Below, piece by piece: positions 39,079 through 49,741 of a stretch of 64,000 nt of DNA. Numbering within the stretch: the stretch's first letter is position 1; each line of letters opens with the position of its first letter. This DNA is from a virus (taxonomy: Duplodnaviria > Caudoviricetes), in the IMG/VR virus record IMGVR_UViG_3300043077_000092. The stretch is one strand, 5' to 3'. A program made the position numbers and the translations under genes. Below the pieces are notes generated by a model. That model searched no databases. It was not told the origin of the DNA and saw nothing but the letters and a program-made list of their open reading frames with translations.

Positions 39079-40698
39079 ATGAAAATATGGTTATTACCAC
39101 AAGAAGAGTTTCAGTCACTGAATAACCTAAAGGAAGTAACAAATCCAGTACCTTTCGAGAAAGGAATGGTTCCGACTTCTGATGGTCTGTTTTCAACAGA
39201 GATATTCGGTATGAACACGTACGACAGAAAGCACAATTGGGCGTATATTGATTTAAAAAATCACTATCTCACTCCGAAAGTCTACGTTACTCTCAAAGCA
39301 TTAAACCGTAACTTTGAAGCTGTAATATACGGCACGAAGAAGTTTCGTATTGAGAATGGCGTACTCGTTTTGGATGAAGAAAATGGTGGTACAGGAATTG
39401 AATGGTTATACAAGAATTGGGATAAGATAAACTTCCAGAAGAATGACAGTAACAAAAGAAATTCCAGAATTGATATGCTCAACAATTACAAGAGAGACGA
39501 AATCTTTATTACGAAATTTGGAGTTAATCCAGCGTTTTATAGAGACGTCAATCTTCAGGGTAATTCTAGCGGAAGACCAAAGATTCCAGAAATCAACGAC
39601 ATGTATGCGGCAATTATTCGTAATGTAAAGATGATTGAAGACGCAACAAGTTTTGATATCTTGATTAATTCCGTTATAGGAAAAACCCAATCTACATTAA
39701 ACGAAATATATGACCTAATGAAAGAAAAGATTAATGGAAAGAATGGATATCTTAGACGTTCAATCCTTGGCAAATCTATCGATTATTGCGGTCGTATTGT
39801 TATTACAGCAACTCCGTATGATAATGAATCAGTGGAAGATCAGCATATCAACTTCTACTATACTGGAGTTCCATTATCCCATTGCTGTGCTCAGCTTACA
39901 CCTTTCATCATTTGGTGGTTAAAGGGATATTTCAGGGCAAACGTATTTGCTCATAAAGATCAGTTTCCTGTTCTTGATGATAAACTCAATAAAGTCTATG
40001 TTCATTTGGATAACCCTGAGATTGTTTTCAATGAGGATTATCTGGATAGATGTCTTACAAGATGGATTAATAACCCCTCTAGTAGATTTGACTTGATTGA
40101 GCTACCTATTAAAGAAGAGGACAAAAAGAAATACAATATCAGAAAGCCACGGTATCTGACGCTTGTTGGTAATAGTTACCAAACAACAACTATGGCTAGA
40201 AGAGCATATTCCACAAAAAGTATTGAGGGAGTGCGTTATATAGAACGTCCCATGACATGGACTGACTTACTTTATATGGCGGCGTCTGACGTATCAGAAG
40301 ACAAACATGTTGAGATAACTCGTTATCCGATGTTGGACTACCTTGGAACATTCATCTCTAGGGTATACGTTATTTCAACAAGAACAACTACACCAATGAT
40401 TATCAATGATAAGTTATACGAGACATATCCAGTAATTGATGTTAATTGTGCAAAGGGACGTATTGAAGCTCAATTCATCGATTCTTATAAAATTTGCCCT
40501 CTTTATCTTCCGGGTTTGGATGGTGACCACGATGGTGACCAGATTACCTCTAAGATTATATTTACAAAAGAGGCAAACGAAGAGGCAGAACGTATCATGA
40601 CAAGTAAGTCTAATATTCTTACAATCGATGGAGCAAGTATTCGTTCTATTGGTAATGAGGGTATTCAGACTCTCTATACAATGACAAAGTTTCACTGA
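39079..40698 (+). CDS. rpoC: Phage RNA polymerase beta'-like subunit (N-terminal plus catalytic), probably virion RNAP
   Basis: DGLFSTEIFG, LGKSIDYCGRIVI, ITRYPM, catalytic GLDGDHDGDQ; in a late operon; the ORF track starts it at 39049. Confidence 0.88.
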   Translation: MKIWLLPQEEFQSLNNLKEVTNPVPFEKGMVPTSDGLFSTEIFGMNTYDRKHNWAYIDLKNHYLTPKVYVTLKALNRNFEAVIYGTKKFRIENGVLVLDEENGGTGIEWLYKNWDKINFQKNDSNKRNSRIDMLNNYKRDEIFITKFGVNPAFYRDVNLQGNSSGRPKIPEINDMYAAIIRNVKMIEDATSFDILINSVIGKTQSTLNEIYDLMKEKINGKNGYLRRSILGKSIDYCGRIVITATPYDNESVEDQHINFYYTGVPLSHCCAQLTPFIIWWLKGYFRANVFAHKDQFPVLDDKLNKVYVHLDNPEIVFNEDYLDRCLTRWINNPSSRFDLIELPIKEEDKKKYNIRKPRYLTLVGNSYQTTTMARRAYSTKSIEGVRYIERPMTWTDLLYMAASDVSEDKHVEITRYPMLDYLGTFISRVYVISTRTTTPMIINDKLYETYPVIDVNCAKGRIEAQFIDSYKICPLYLPGLDGDHDGDQITSKIIFTKEANEEAERIMTSKSNILTIDGASIRSIGNEGIQTLYTMTKFH

Positions 40699-40706
40699 AA
40701 AAGATT

Positions 40707-40739
40707 TGATAAGTGGCTAAGTTTCTTAGTCACTTATCA
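40707..40739 (+). terminator. Intrinsic terminator
   Basis: TGATAAGTGGCTAAG/CTTAGTCACTTATCA followed by TTTT. Confidence 0.75.
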
Positions 40740-40794
40740 TTTTGATCGTTACACCTAGTTAAAGCTTATATAATTAAGGAGGGAAATATTTAAT

Positions 40795-42522
40795 ATGAAG
40801 AAAGAAGAGCGTAACATTCAATCTACGAGAGATTGGATTGTTGCAAAAGCTATTTTAGACAGGAAGTTCAATATTCCTGAAGCATTATACGCTGAGATAA
40901 ATGATGAAGTTATGATACTTATTATGGAAACCCCTGTATCAGAAAGAAAATGGTTCCATAATGAGTTTATCCATAATGAGCATTTCAGGGAATTTGCCAA
41001 ATACGTACGTGAAAATGTAAGACGTAAGAAAGATGGGGTATATAAGTTTTTAACTGGTACGGGATTTGTTCATCAGAGAGAAATACTACAACTCATATTC
41101 TTCCGTCAGTCTGATTGGGCTTTATACGTAAAGTCTATGAGAAGAGAATACATGGCAATGTACGTGAATGCTGAAATGATTAGAATTTTGGAGTTCTTAT
41201 TATGTGAAGAGGACTTTAAATTCCAGATTATGAGCATCTATAACACTCTGAAATGGTATACCTCAAAACAAGAGGTAATCCGTCAATTAAGGGAAGATGC
41301 ATATAACAAAGACTATCGTGTCAATGTTGATAATGCAGTGGAATTTGCATATATGGTCAATTGTAATGAATCATATGCAGATTCAATGTTCTGTATTGAC
41401 AATGGTATTCCTGTTTTATATAAGGATTACGATATATCATTGTTACATATGTATCTGGAAACTGTTCTTGAATGCGGTTATCGTGGATTATTGGATTCAG
41501 TATTGTTAAACCTCGGGTCTTTACCAGTTGAAGATAATTCCGAGAAGACTAAGCTGTCAAATTTTCTATGGGAGATTGGTGATAGTCTTAATCAGAATAA
41601 CATGATTTACTATTGTATCTTTACAAAAGAGAAGTTCAATACTGCAACAATGATGGATATTATGACAGATGATAACCTGCGTTATAATGAATACGGTTGG
41701 AGAATGAACGCTCCCGGTTATATCAAGAATTTTAAAGATATAGTCCTTATGCATGGGCAGAATAAAGCAGGATATTCTATCGAGTTACAGGTATTATTCC
41801 TACAGCATAGTGGTGATGTGACATCTATGTTTGATGATAACGGTAAACTATTGGATGAGGCTAGTATTATCAAGATGGCAGACCAGTTACCAAGGTTGAT
41901 GCAGTTATTATCAACCAACAGTCTTAGATTTTTACTCACAAACTCACCAGAGTTTGTTAAGAACATAATGACTTCTGCTTCATTATCAATGGCTAGTTAT
42001 ATCGCTATTGCTAGAGCATTATTACCAATTCCAATTGACGAGGAATTATGGAAAGTTCTAAATGAGTATGAGTCAACTGGATTAATGGAAGTCACTGGTG
42101 GACAAATGGACTATCGTGTATTTCTCGTTACGCATATCGTATCAGAGATTTCAACTGATGTGTTATTCAACAATGTACCAGAAGCAATGGTTTATATTGA
42201 ACCTAGTGTTCTTTATATTACAAGAAATATGTCAGATGAAACAATGTTATACGCACCAGTTCATAGATTGGTTCCATATTTAAGAGCTTATCTTGAAAGG
42301 AATGATTACAAGAGACTTAATCTCTTTTGTAATGGGGAGTATGTCTCAATTACTACAGCAGTTGGTGGAGACATTGATTTCATAGTTGACCTTATGATAA
42401 AGGAGGAAAGATATGGGTATATCTGCGATATCAAATGTGATAATTTGGCTGTACTCATTGATTCGCTTTCATTAATGGTTGAACTTGGTGATTATAAGTT
42501 CTCAGAATTTAAAGATTTATAA
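40795..42522 (+). CDS. Hypothetical helical protein
   Basis: 575 aa; RBS AAGGAGG; late motif at 40750-40762. Confidence 0.7.
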   Translation: MKKEERNIQSTRDWIVAKAILDRKFNIPEALYAEINDEVMILIMETPVSERKWFHNEFIHNEHFREFAKYVRENVRRKKDGVYKFLTGTGFVHQREILQLIFFRQSDWALYVKSMRREYMAMYVNAEMIRILEFLLCEEDFKFQIMSIYNTLKWYTSKQEVIRQLREDAYNKDYRVNVDNAVEFAYMVNCNESYADSMFCIDNGIPVLYKDYDISLLHMYLETVLECGYRGLLDSVLLNLGSLPVEDNSEKTKLSNFLWEIGDSLNQNNMIYYCIFTKEKFNTATMMDIMTDDNLRYNEYGWRMNAPGYIKNFKDIVLMHGQNKAGYSIELQVLFLQHSGDVTSMFDDNGKLLDEASIIKMADQLPRLMQLLSTNSLRFLLTNSPEFVKNIMTSASLSMASYIAIARALLPIPIDEELWKVLNEYESTGLMEVTGGQMDYRVFLVTHIVSEISTDVLFNNVPEAMVYIEPSVLYITRNMSDETMLYAPVHRLVPYLRAYLERNDYKRLNLFCNGEYVSITTAVGGDIDFIVDLMIKEERYGYICDIKCDNLAVLIDSLSLMVELGDYKFSEFKDL

Positions 42523-42540
42523 AAGGTGGTGAATTAATAC

Positions 42541-43812
42541 ATGTCGATTGTAAATCTACTCGGTAGTGGTTCAAATAAATGGAAATCTTGCAAGTACGAG
42601 GTTAATATTGAGATAAAGTTCTCTAGTGGAACTACTAGAACACTAAAACCTGCTCAAATAACTGGATTATATTGCGAGAAAGACTATGACAATGACCATC
42701 ATCCGATATTAATGCTCGACGTTGCATTGAGTAAGATAGACTCTAATGCTATTAATGATGAAACGGAATTTCATATCCGTATTAATCAGTTTTATAAAGA
42801 ATCTGAAAATGGGGAAAAGAAAGACCCTAAGATTTACCTGAATGATACTTTCGTGAAACTCAATACAAAATCAGATGCTAATTCAGATTCTAGTACTAAG
42901 ATAGAGAAATCTATTAGAAAAGCAAACCAGATGACAGATGATGATGTTGCACCTGAAGATTTAGCTAATCAGGAAACAATTCCACTTGTAAAGAAAGACG
43001 ATCAATCTCTGACAAAGAAGATGATTAATGGGGTATTATCAAATGTATCTCAATTGGAACTTATGGCTTGGATGTTATCAAAAGCAGGTTGTAGAAAACC
43101 AATGATGTTGTCTAACTTTACAAATCCTTCAAAGTTAAGTGAAGTGATTGTTCATCCAAAGACATTATTGGCAAATCTTCTTGAGATGGAAAAAGAATAT
43201 GGTTGGCATCAGGAAGGTACTTACATATTCTTTGATTACAATATGCTATACGTTACTCGTATGAATGGGTTATGTACAGCATGGGCTAAGAATGAGCCGA
43301 AGACTGTAAACTTCTGTATTAGCGATGCTTCATCAAGTGATAATGTACCTAGCGGTGTATTAATAAAGGATAATGCTGTTTATTATAACATTGGTCTTGA
43401 CCAGTATCAACAGTCAAATGCATCATCTGTTAGTGATCAGGTTGAGGGTAATAATATGCTCTTAATCAATACTACAAACGGTGGTTCATCAAATGTCAGT
43501 TCGGGAGTTACTTCTACATATGGTTCTGGTTCTTACAACACCAAGACATACCATGGTCATAACCCATATGAGGAAGAACAATACAAAAGAAGAAAACTGG
43601 AACAGGAAAACCAGATAAAGTTTACCTGCTTAAATGGTGATATAAGTTTCTTAACACCAAATAAGGAGTATAAGGTAGTTACAGACGTTACCAGTATTAT
43701 AAAGAACTTTAGTGGCAACTATAGATTGTCATCATTCAAAGCATCATTTGTAAAGAATGGTGATTACTTTGACTCATCTACAGAGATTGTTATAAAAAGA
43801 GTCTCAAAATAG
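42541..43812 (+). CDS. Putative baseplate hub (gp27/gpD-like) protein
   Basis: Size and pattern (YIFFDYNMLY...LTPNKEY...GNYRLSS) typical of hub proteins. Confidence 0.45.
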   Translation: MSIVNLLGSGSNKWKSCKYEVNIEIKFSSGTTRTLKPAQITGLYCEKDYDNDHHPILMLDVALSKIDSNAINDETEFHIRINQFYKESENGEKKDPKIYLNDTFVKLNTKSDANSDSSTKIEKSIRKANQMTDDDVAPEDLANQETIPLVKKDDQSLTKKMINGVLSNVSQLELMAWMLSKAGCRKPMMLSNFTNPSKLSEVIVHPKTLLANLLEMEKEYGWHQEGTYIFFDYNMLYVTRMNGLCTAWAKNEPKTVNFCISDASSSDNVPSGVLIKDNAVYYNIGLDQYQQSNASSVSDQVEGNNMLLINTTNGGSSNVSSGVTSTYGSGSYNTKTYHGHNPYEEEQYKRRKLEQENQIKFTCLNGDISFLTPNKEYKVVTDVTSIIKNFSGNYRLSSFKASFVKNGDYFDSSTEIVIKRVSK

Positions 43813-43815
43813 AAT

Positions 43816-43850
43816 AAGATGGAAGAGAATTGGATTTTCTCTTCCATCTT
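43816..43850. terminator. Bidirectional terminator
   Basis: AAGATGGAAGAGAA/TTCTCTTCCATCTT between convergent genes. Confidence 0.8.
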
Positions 43851-43857
43851 TATCGTT

Positions 43858-46179
43858 TTATTTCGACTGCGTCTTTAATGCCTCAGCATCCTTTTCTTTC
43901 TCTTTCTTCTGATTAGCCTTTGAGATATACTTATCGTTCTTATCGAACTTAGGTCTTGAACCATCAATATCAGAAAGAGCGTTGATGTATGCTAAGAACT
44001 GTTCCTCTCTAGCTTTGATATAGAGAGTGATACAATTCTTGAAGAAACGATCTACGTTCTTCTTATAAGTAACTGCTGAGTTGTTAGTCTTCTTTTCTCC
44101 GATACCAGTTTCATTGGTATTCTTATTGGCATCATCTTTATCAGTAGATTCAACTCCAGTTGCAGATACTGCATCTTTAGCATTGCCCTTTGCATCCTTT
44201 TCTCCAGCGGCTCCAGTAGCCTTTGCAGAGTCACCGATACTTGCATTGGCTCCTTTAAGACCAGCATTTCCACGTCCAATCTTTACGTCTCCAGCTTCAG
44301 TTACAATAGAACCTACACTTTCAGATACAGGTGAGAAAATTGAATTGTAGTCTGTACAGAGAATGATATCACTCTCGCATACTGTACGACCAATTAAGTC
44401 AAGATAAGTACTACCTGTAATCATAGATTCTGTTACAGGGAAACCTTCACTTGATGACTTAAATGTACTGCTGATATTCTCTGATGGTTTTGTTACAGTA
44501 GAACCATACTGTTCGATATATTTAATCATATCCGGAACTTTACCAGCAAGTTTATCACCAGTTAAAGTAACCTGATCAAGTTTCTCATCTGCTTTTCCTG
44601 TACGGAAGTAGTTAAGCATAATGGTTCTACTAGAGTCATCATTGATTTTATCAAAGGAATCAAATGAATTGATGATATCCTTTGCGAAAGATACATCCTC
44701 ATAGTTCTTAGAGGAATAAGCTTTCTTAATGGCTGAGGTGATCTTTGTAGCCATACCATTGTAATCAGCATCGGCAAAGTTTGCCATCTTGAACTCCTGT
44801 TTCTGTTTAGCCTTATCAGCTAATCCATCTTTGATTTCATCAATCCAAGGTTTGTACTTAGTAGCATCTCCCATTGCTTTCTTTCTGAAAGTTGCTACAA
44901 CGGATTCAATGATGTCTCCAATTAAAGCTTTGGCTTTACCTGCACCAGAGTTCATATCAGCTTCCAATAACCAGTGAACCTGCTTTGTATTGATAGATTC
45001 CGTTAAGAATACAGCCTCATTTACAAGAGCTCTCTGAGCTAACTGGTCATAGTAACGATGGTCAAGAATAGATGATTCCATCGCATAACTGATATAATCT
45101 CTTCCTTCGTATCCAGTATTCTGGAATACAGGAATAACTGATTCATTAATCTTATCAGTCTTATCCTCACCAGTACCGTTTGATGAGAAAAGACATTTTC
45201 TAAGAATAACACGTTCCTGTTTAATCTGGTCTCTTAATGCATTAACTCTTTCACAAGCAACCAGATTAATCATAGATGCAATCTTGTTTACCTGTCTTGA
45301 TTTGAAAGTTGCATAAGTACTAAGTACTTTCATTGAAGAGTCGTTTACGTTCTGATAGTTACTGGTTGTAGAAAACCTGTTGTTAGTGGTATCAATCTTA
45401 GCAGTATTTGCCTGCAACTGATTACCTTTGTACATCGTAGGTAATGACTTGCTAAAGAACGTCTCCGATTTGGATAGTAATGTAACAAGCTGGTCTCTAT
45501 CCTTAATGGATGATTTCTTTGTATCCTCAAGTTTCTTTGCATGAGAGATGATACCATTGACGTAAGAGTTATCAACCTTGATATCATGGGTATCCTTTTC
45601 TCCATCTCTGTAATAAGAACGAACGGTTTCCAGATACTCGTCTTCCAAGATATTATCATTGGTACCAAGGACTTCCCCTCTTAACTTGTCAAGATGATTA
45701 TCGCTCATCCAATCGATAATCTTTTTCTTAAGTTCTGCGTCTTTGAGTTTTGAAATATCATCCATATCAGAATTATATTCTGAAACGATATTCTGAAACT
45801 CTTTCATATTTGGACCAGACTTATCAAGAACAGTGAACTTATAACCATCAATGGTAAAGTCAATGGTTTTATCCTTTATAACTTTCTTTACTTCATCAGC
45901 AACCTTATCCAAGTCAGCAGATGCAGAAGTAATATAAAGCATAACTTTCTTGAAGAATTCTTTTACACGTTCAATGAACTTTTTGATTCCATCTGCAATG
46001 GTTTTGAATATGTCGGAAACTCCTTCTAATACAACGTCATATGATGCACCAGATTCCATAAGATATCCAGAATATACAAATGATTTGAATGTCTCTGTAT
46101 CAGACTCCTGTACACCGTAGATGATAGAGAGAGCTTCGCATGTCCCATCAAAGGAATCAAATTCCAATAATGCATTCAT
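43858..46179 (-). CDS. Putative internal head protein (tandem duplicated domain)
   Basis: Many x-x-E-S/A/G motifs; IKKFIERVKEFFKKV amphipathic helix shared with neighbours; late promoter at 46210-46222. Confidence 0.6.
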   Translation of the reverse strand: MNALLEFDSFDGTCEALSIIYGVQESDTETFKSFVYSGYLMESGASYDVVLEGVSDIFKTIADGIKKFIERVKEFFKKVMLYITSASADLDKVADEVKKVIKDKTIDFTIDGYKFTVLDKSGPNMKEFQNIVSEYNSDMDDISKLKDAELKKKIIDWMSDNHLDKLRGEVLGTNDNILEDEYLETVRSYYRDGEKDTHDIKVDNSYVNGIISHAKKLEDTKKSSIKDRDQLVTLLSKSETFFSKSLPTMYKGNQLQANTAKIDTTNNRFSTTSNYQNVNDSSMKVLSTYATFKSRQVNKIASMINLVACERVNALRDQIKQERVILRKCLFSSNGTGEDKTDKINESVIPVFQNTGYEGRDYISYAMESSILDHRYYDQLAQRALVNEAVFLTESINTKQVHWLLEADMNSGAGKAKALIGDIIESVVATFRKKAMGDATKYKPWIDEIKDGLADKAKQKQEFKMANFADADYNGMATKITSAIKKAYSSKNYEDVSFAKDIINSFDSFDKINDDSSRTIMLNYFRTGKADEKLDQVTLTGDKLAGKVPDMIKYIEQYGSTVTKPSENISSTFKSSSEGFPVTESMITGSTYLDLIGRTVCESDIILCTDYNSIFSPVSESVGSIVTEAGDVKIGRGNAGLKGANASIGDSAKATGAAGEKDAKGNAKDAVSATGVESTDKDDANKNTNETGIGEKKTNNSAVTYKKNVDRFFKNCITLYIKAREEQFLAYINALSDIDGSRPKFDKNDKYISKANQKKEKEKDAEALKTQSK

Positions 46180-46302
46180 GAGAATTACTCCTTTCTAAGA
46201 TTTATTCTATTAATAGATTGTATTTGGTACAAAAGAACAAAGGACAGGGGGAATTACTCCTCTGTCCTTTATTACGTGTATCCCTATTCGGGATGGGGTC
46301 GC

Positions 46303-47598
46303 TTATAATCTGTAAGCGTTTGCAACTTCAAGAATACTTGCAATTGCAGACTCTGTAGCACATTCAGCGGTATCATCCTTAGAAGAACCGCCCTTGCCAC
46401 CGTCATCAGCGCCAGTATCACCGGTATCCTTTCCATCGTCAAGGATATCATCCGGTGTATCAGATTCAATTGTACCAAGTGCTTCCGGATCAACCAGATC
46501 CTCATCAGTTGCGCTCTCGAATGCACCCTTGTTACCTTTGAAGTTGTAGAACTTCTTGAGCACGCCGAGCCACTCTTTGGCAATGGTCTTATTCATACTG
46601 ATCTGAACATTGCATGGGATCTTGTAAAGGTTCAGATATGCCGAAATAAGGCTGGATACATAAGATGCATTACGAACCTTGTTCTCTCCGCCTTCTTCGC
46701 CATCCTTTGCAGCATACTTATCGAGTTTACTGATAACTTTCTTCACATTCTCTTCATACTTTGTCAAATCTTTCTGATACGTTGTGATTTGAGAAGAAGA
46801 GTTTTTGAGGAAGTTGATCATCTTATCGATGCCGATACCCTCAAAATCCTTGATATCGCTCTTGCTGCTTGCTCCGCCCTGATATACTTCTTCCAGATCA
46901 GACTGATACTCTGATGTATCATTCGCTTTGAAATCTGTGGAAAGAAACTGATCAACTTTGTCAGAAACCGATGTCTCAGCAGATTCATCAAATTTGGCAC
47001 CAAGGGTGGCATCAATTTTCTTGTGAAACTCCTTAGTGTCCATTGGTTCCAAACCAACATCGTAATCTGCAAGCAGTTTCTTGATCACTCCGTCGACTTT
47101 ATCTTTGTCGGCTTTGGCTTTGTTGTCACCGGCTGTATAATCGTATTTGAATCCGGTATAATGGAAGTCTTTTACTTTCTTAGACTTATCCTGAAGCATC
47201 TTTCCATATCTCTTCACAAAATCTTCAGAGTTAGAGAACATGGCTTTGAACCACTCGATTACTCTCTTGTAAAACTCTCTGATCTTTGCGATGAATTTGT
47301 GGAATGCATTCTTGATCTTCTCGATTCCACTCTTGACAACACCCTCCTGAATGGAGGTAATGTATGCGTTATCAACAGTATTACCGATTCTGCTCTCATG
47401 AATAACCTGTGCAGCACCAACAACATCAGCTACCATGTAACTCATGTCAGCTTCCATAATGTCACTGAATAATGTCGCACATGCAGAAGTCAGAAAGGAA
47501 GACTCAGCAACGATACTGTTACTAAAATCATATCCCATACCAACTTCACCAGAAGGAACACTCGCACCTTCCATAATAATTGAAGCAAGGTTAGACAT
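46303..47598 (-). CDS. Putative internal head protein
   Basis: MSNLASIIMEG; IQEGVV; FIAKIREFYKRV; paralog of 47601..48668. Confidence 0.6.
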   Translation of the reverse strand: MSNLASIIMEGASVPSGEVGMGYDFSNSIVAESSFLTSACATLFSDIMEADMSYMVADVVGAAQVIHESRIGNTVDNAYITSIQEGVVKSGIEKIKNAFHKFIAKIREFYKRVIEWFKAMFSNSEDFVKRYGKMLQDKSKKVKDFHYTGFKYDYTAGDNKAKADKDKVDGVIKKLLADYDVGLEPMDTKEFHKKIDATLGAKFDESAETSVSDKVDQFLSTDFKANDTSEYQSDLEEVYQGGASSKSDIKDFEGIGIDKMINFLKNSSSQITTYQKDLTKYEENVKKVISKLDKYAAKDGEEGGENKVRNASYVSSLISAYLNLYKIPCNVQISMNKTIAKEWLGVLKKFYNFKGNKGAFESATDEDLVDPEALGTIESDTPDDILDDGKDTGDTGADDGGKGGSSKDDTAECATESAIASILEVANAYRL

Positions 47599-47600
47599 AA

Positions 47601-48668
47601 TTACTTACCTCCTTTATGTTTTCTGGCATACGCAAATGCACCAGTAAGCGCAGATTTGTACGCATGATTTCTTTCTGAAAGTGCAGATTTAGCTGCCTGA
47701 TAAGCCGAGTTCTGTGCTGTCTGCATTTTGGATAATGTAGACGAAAAAACTCTAAGGGCTGCTGACGCCTGAGCAACAGCTCCTGCATTACCCGTCTTAT
47801 CGTTGACTTTAAGGCTATTGGATGCATTATCAACCAATTTAACCGCAGCCGTATACATTGATTCGGTCTTGCTGATCGCCGTATCATATGCAGACAATTC
47901 ACTTGAGGACTTCTTAAGAGTATCGATCATCATGTTGATATTTGATGCAACAGGGAGATCTTCTTTGTCTTTTTCATCATCTGCACCACCACGCATTTTT
48001 GACCAAAGAGCCTTTGCCAGCTCGTCTTCATCGATTGATTTACCAACTAAGTCTTTGATAAAACCGAGATAATCCTCCTTGGCCTTGTCATTTAACGCGT
48101 CCTCATCAACTGCATCGTTGCGTCTCTTTAACGAAGCAGTGCGGATATCTTTGATTGCATCATCAGTATCCTTAGTGAGTGAAGTTGCCTTTTCAGCAAG
48201 CTGCGTCTTTGTCAATGCCGGAATAATCTGGCTGTAATCATACATCTTGACCTTGTAGTCCTTCAGATCGGCGGAGTTAATAGCCTTAAGATCTTTCTCA
48301 TAGGTTTTCACCCATTTCTCGTCGTTGCTGAAGATACCGGAGAGGTAACGTTTGATGTTGTGAATGAATTCTTTGACCTTGTCCTTCAAGTTAATGAAGA
48401 ACTGTCTGATCTTTTCAAACGCACTGTTTACTGCTGCCTCCATGATAGCGGAATGCGTAGCAGATTCCTCTACACTGGAATATCCTTCCATTGCGGCGGC
48501 AATAGTGCATGTATTAGGCGTATAGAAGGTAGCCTCGAAGATGTCTCTAAGAGCTTCGGCACTTTCCATAGCAATCAATCCAGCGCCGTTTTCATGATCG
48601 TAATGTCTCTGAAGGTGTCCCGTCCCAATGGACGTACCTTCCATAATCATAGTCGCCAAATTAGACAT
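47601..48668 (-). CDS. Putative internal head protein
   Basis: MSNLATMIMEG; AMES, IMEA; FINLKDKVKEFI. Confidence 0.6.
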   Translation of the reverse strand: MSNLATMIMEGTSIGTGHLQRHYDHENGAGLIAMESAEALRDIFEATFYTPNTCTIAAAMEGYSSVEESATHSAIMEAAVNSAFEKIRQFFINLKDKVKEFIHNIKRYLSGIFSNDEKWVKTYEKDLKAINSADLKDYKVKMYDYSQIIPALTKTQLAEKATSLTKDTDDAIKDIRTASLKRRNDAVDEDALNDKAKEDYLGFIKDLVGKSIDEDELAKALWSKMRGGADDEKDKEDLPVASNINMMIDTLKKSSSELSAYDTAISKTESMYTAAVKLVDNASNSLKVNDKTGNAGAVAQASAALRVFSSTLSKMQTAQNSAYQAAKSALSERNHAYKSALTGAFAYARKHKGGK

Positions 48669-48721
48669 GATTACTTACCTCCTTTTCATTAACTTTGTAT
48701 TTTGTACAAAATGCAAAATTC

Positions 48722-49741
48722 TTAAACGATGGTGAAACCTGTTCCATCCATCTTGTTCGAGAAAATTTGCTTTTCGATGTTTTGCAATGAGAAACCTTTG
48801 TTGTCATTGGCAACCTGTTTCTTTGCGAGGGCACCGATATCCTCATCATTGATTTTGAGCTTGTCGGATCTTCTCCGACATTGAAGAATTATTTTTTCCT
48901 GTTTTTTAAGTATGTCCTTTTTCTGCTGTGCAGATTTGTTCGATGCTTGAACACCGAGTTTGTTGAGTTCGAGGAAATCCGCCTGCATATCTAAATAGTC
49001 AGACAGTTGTACCCTCGTTCTGTAATAAAAATAGATGAGCTCCCTTGTAATCGGAACAATGGAAACCAATGCCGTGATGACAATCCCAGTGATAACAACT
49101 CCAGTTCCAGTGAAATTTTTCCTCTGGGCATCTAACAAATAGTTCGCCATCGTTTCAAAGTGACCCACCTTAACTTCCCCATTAAATCTCTGAAGATTAT
49201 CCAACGAAATCCTCCCACGACCCTTGTCGTTCTTTGACTTAACGGTATCGTACTGAGACTGCTCGGGTCCCAATAGATAATTCATGTAGTCGGCGATAAT
49301 CATTGACGTTGCGTCGATAACCGCCATTACGATTGTGTTATAAAACAAAATCAAATAATCTTGTTTTAACTGGAAAGCTAACTCGAAAGTTGGCTTAAAT
49401 CGTTTGATATTTGCGACTGATTCTTTCACAATATCAACGTCTGTTGTCGGAACCGCATTCTTAACCATAAGTTCCGTAAGTACATCTAAACTTTCCTGCG
49501 TTGACTTGTAATATTTACATTTGGCGATATCACCCTTTGAGTCAGGAATATCTCCAAAATCGCAATCTTTTCTGTCCAATACGCTCTTATAGAGCTCTCT
49601 CACCAAGGTACCGTTTACCTGATGGATATCATCCTTATTCATACCCTGAATATACTTCTTATCTTCGGGAGTAGATGCTTCCGTTACGATAGAAGATACC
49701 TTTACAATATCAGGGTACCAACTTCTGCTTGTCATCATCAC
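48722..49741 (-). CDS. Putative virion protein with hydrophobic segment
   Basis: IVTEAS motif; GTGVVITGIVITALVSIVPI TM-like stretch; late operon. Confidence 0.55.
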   Translation of the reverse strand: MMMTSRSWYPDIVKVSSIVTEASTPEDKKYIQGMNKDDIHQVNGTLVRELYKSVLDRKDCDFGDIPDSKGDIAKCKYYKSTQESLDVLTELMVKNAVPTTDVDIVKESVANIKRFKPTFELAFQLKQDYLILFYNTIVMAVIDATSMIIADYMNYLLGPEQSQYDTVKSKNDKGRGRISLDNLQRFNGEVKVGHFETMANYLLDAQRKNFTGTGVVITGIVITALVSIVPITRELIYFYYRTRVQLSDYLDMQADFLELNKLGVQASNKSAQQKKDILKKQEKIILQCRRRSDKLKINDEDIGALAKKQVANDNKGFSLQNIEKQIFSNKMDGTGFTIV

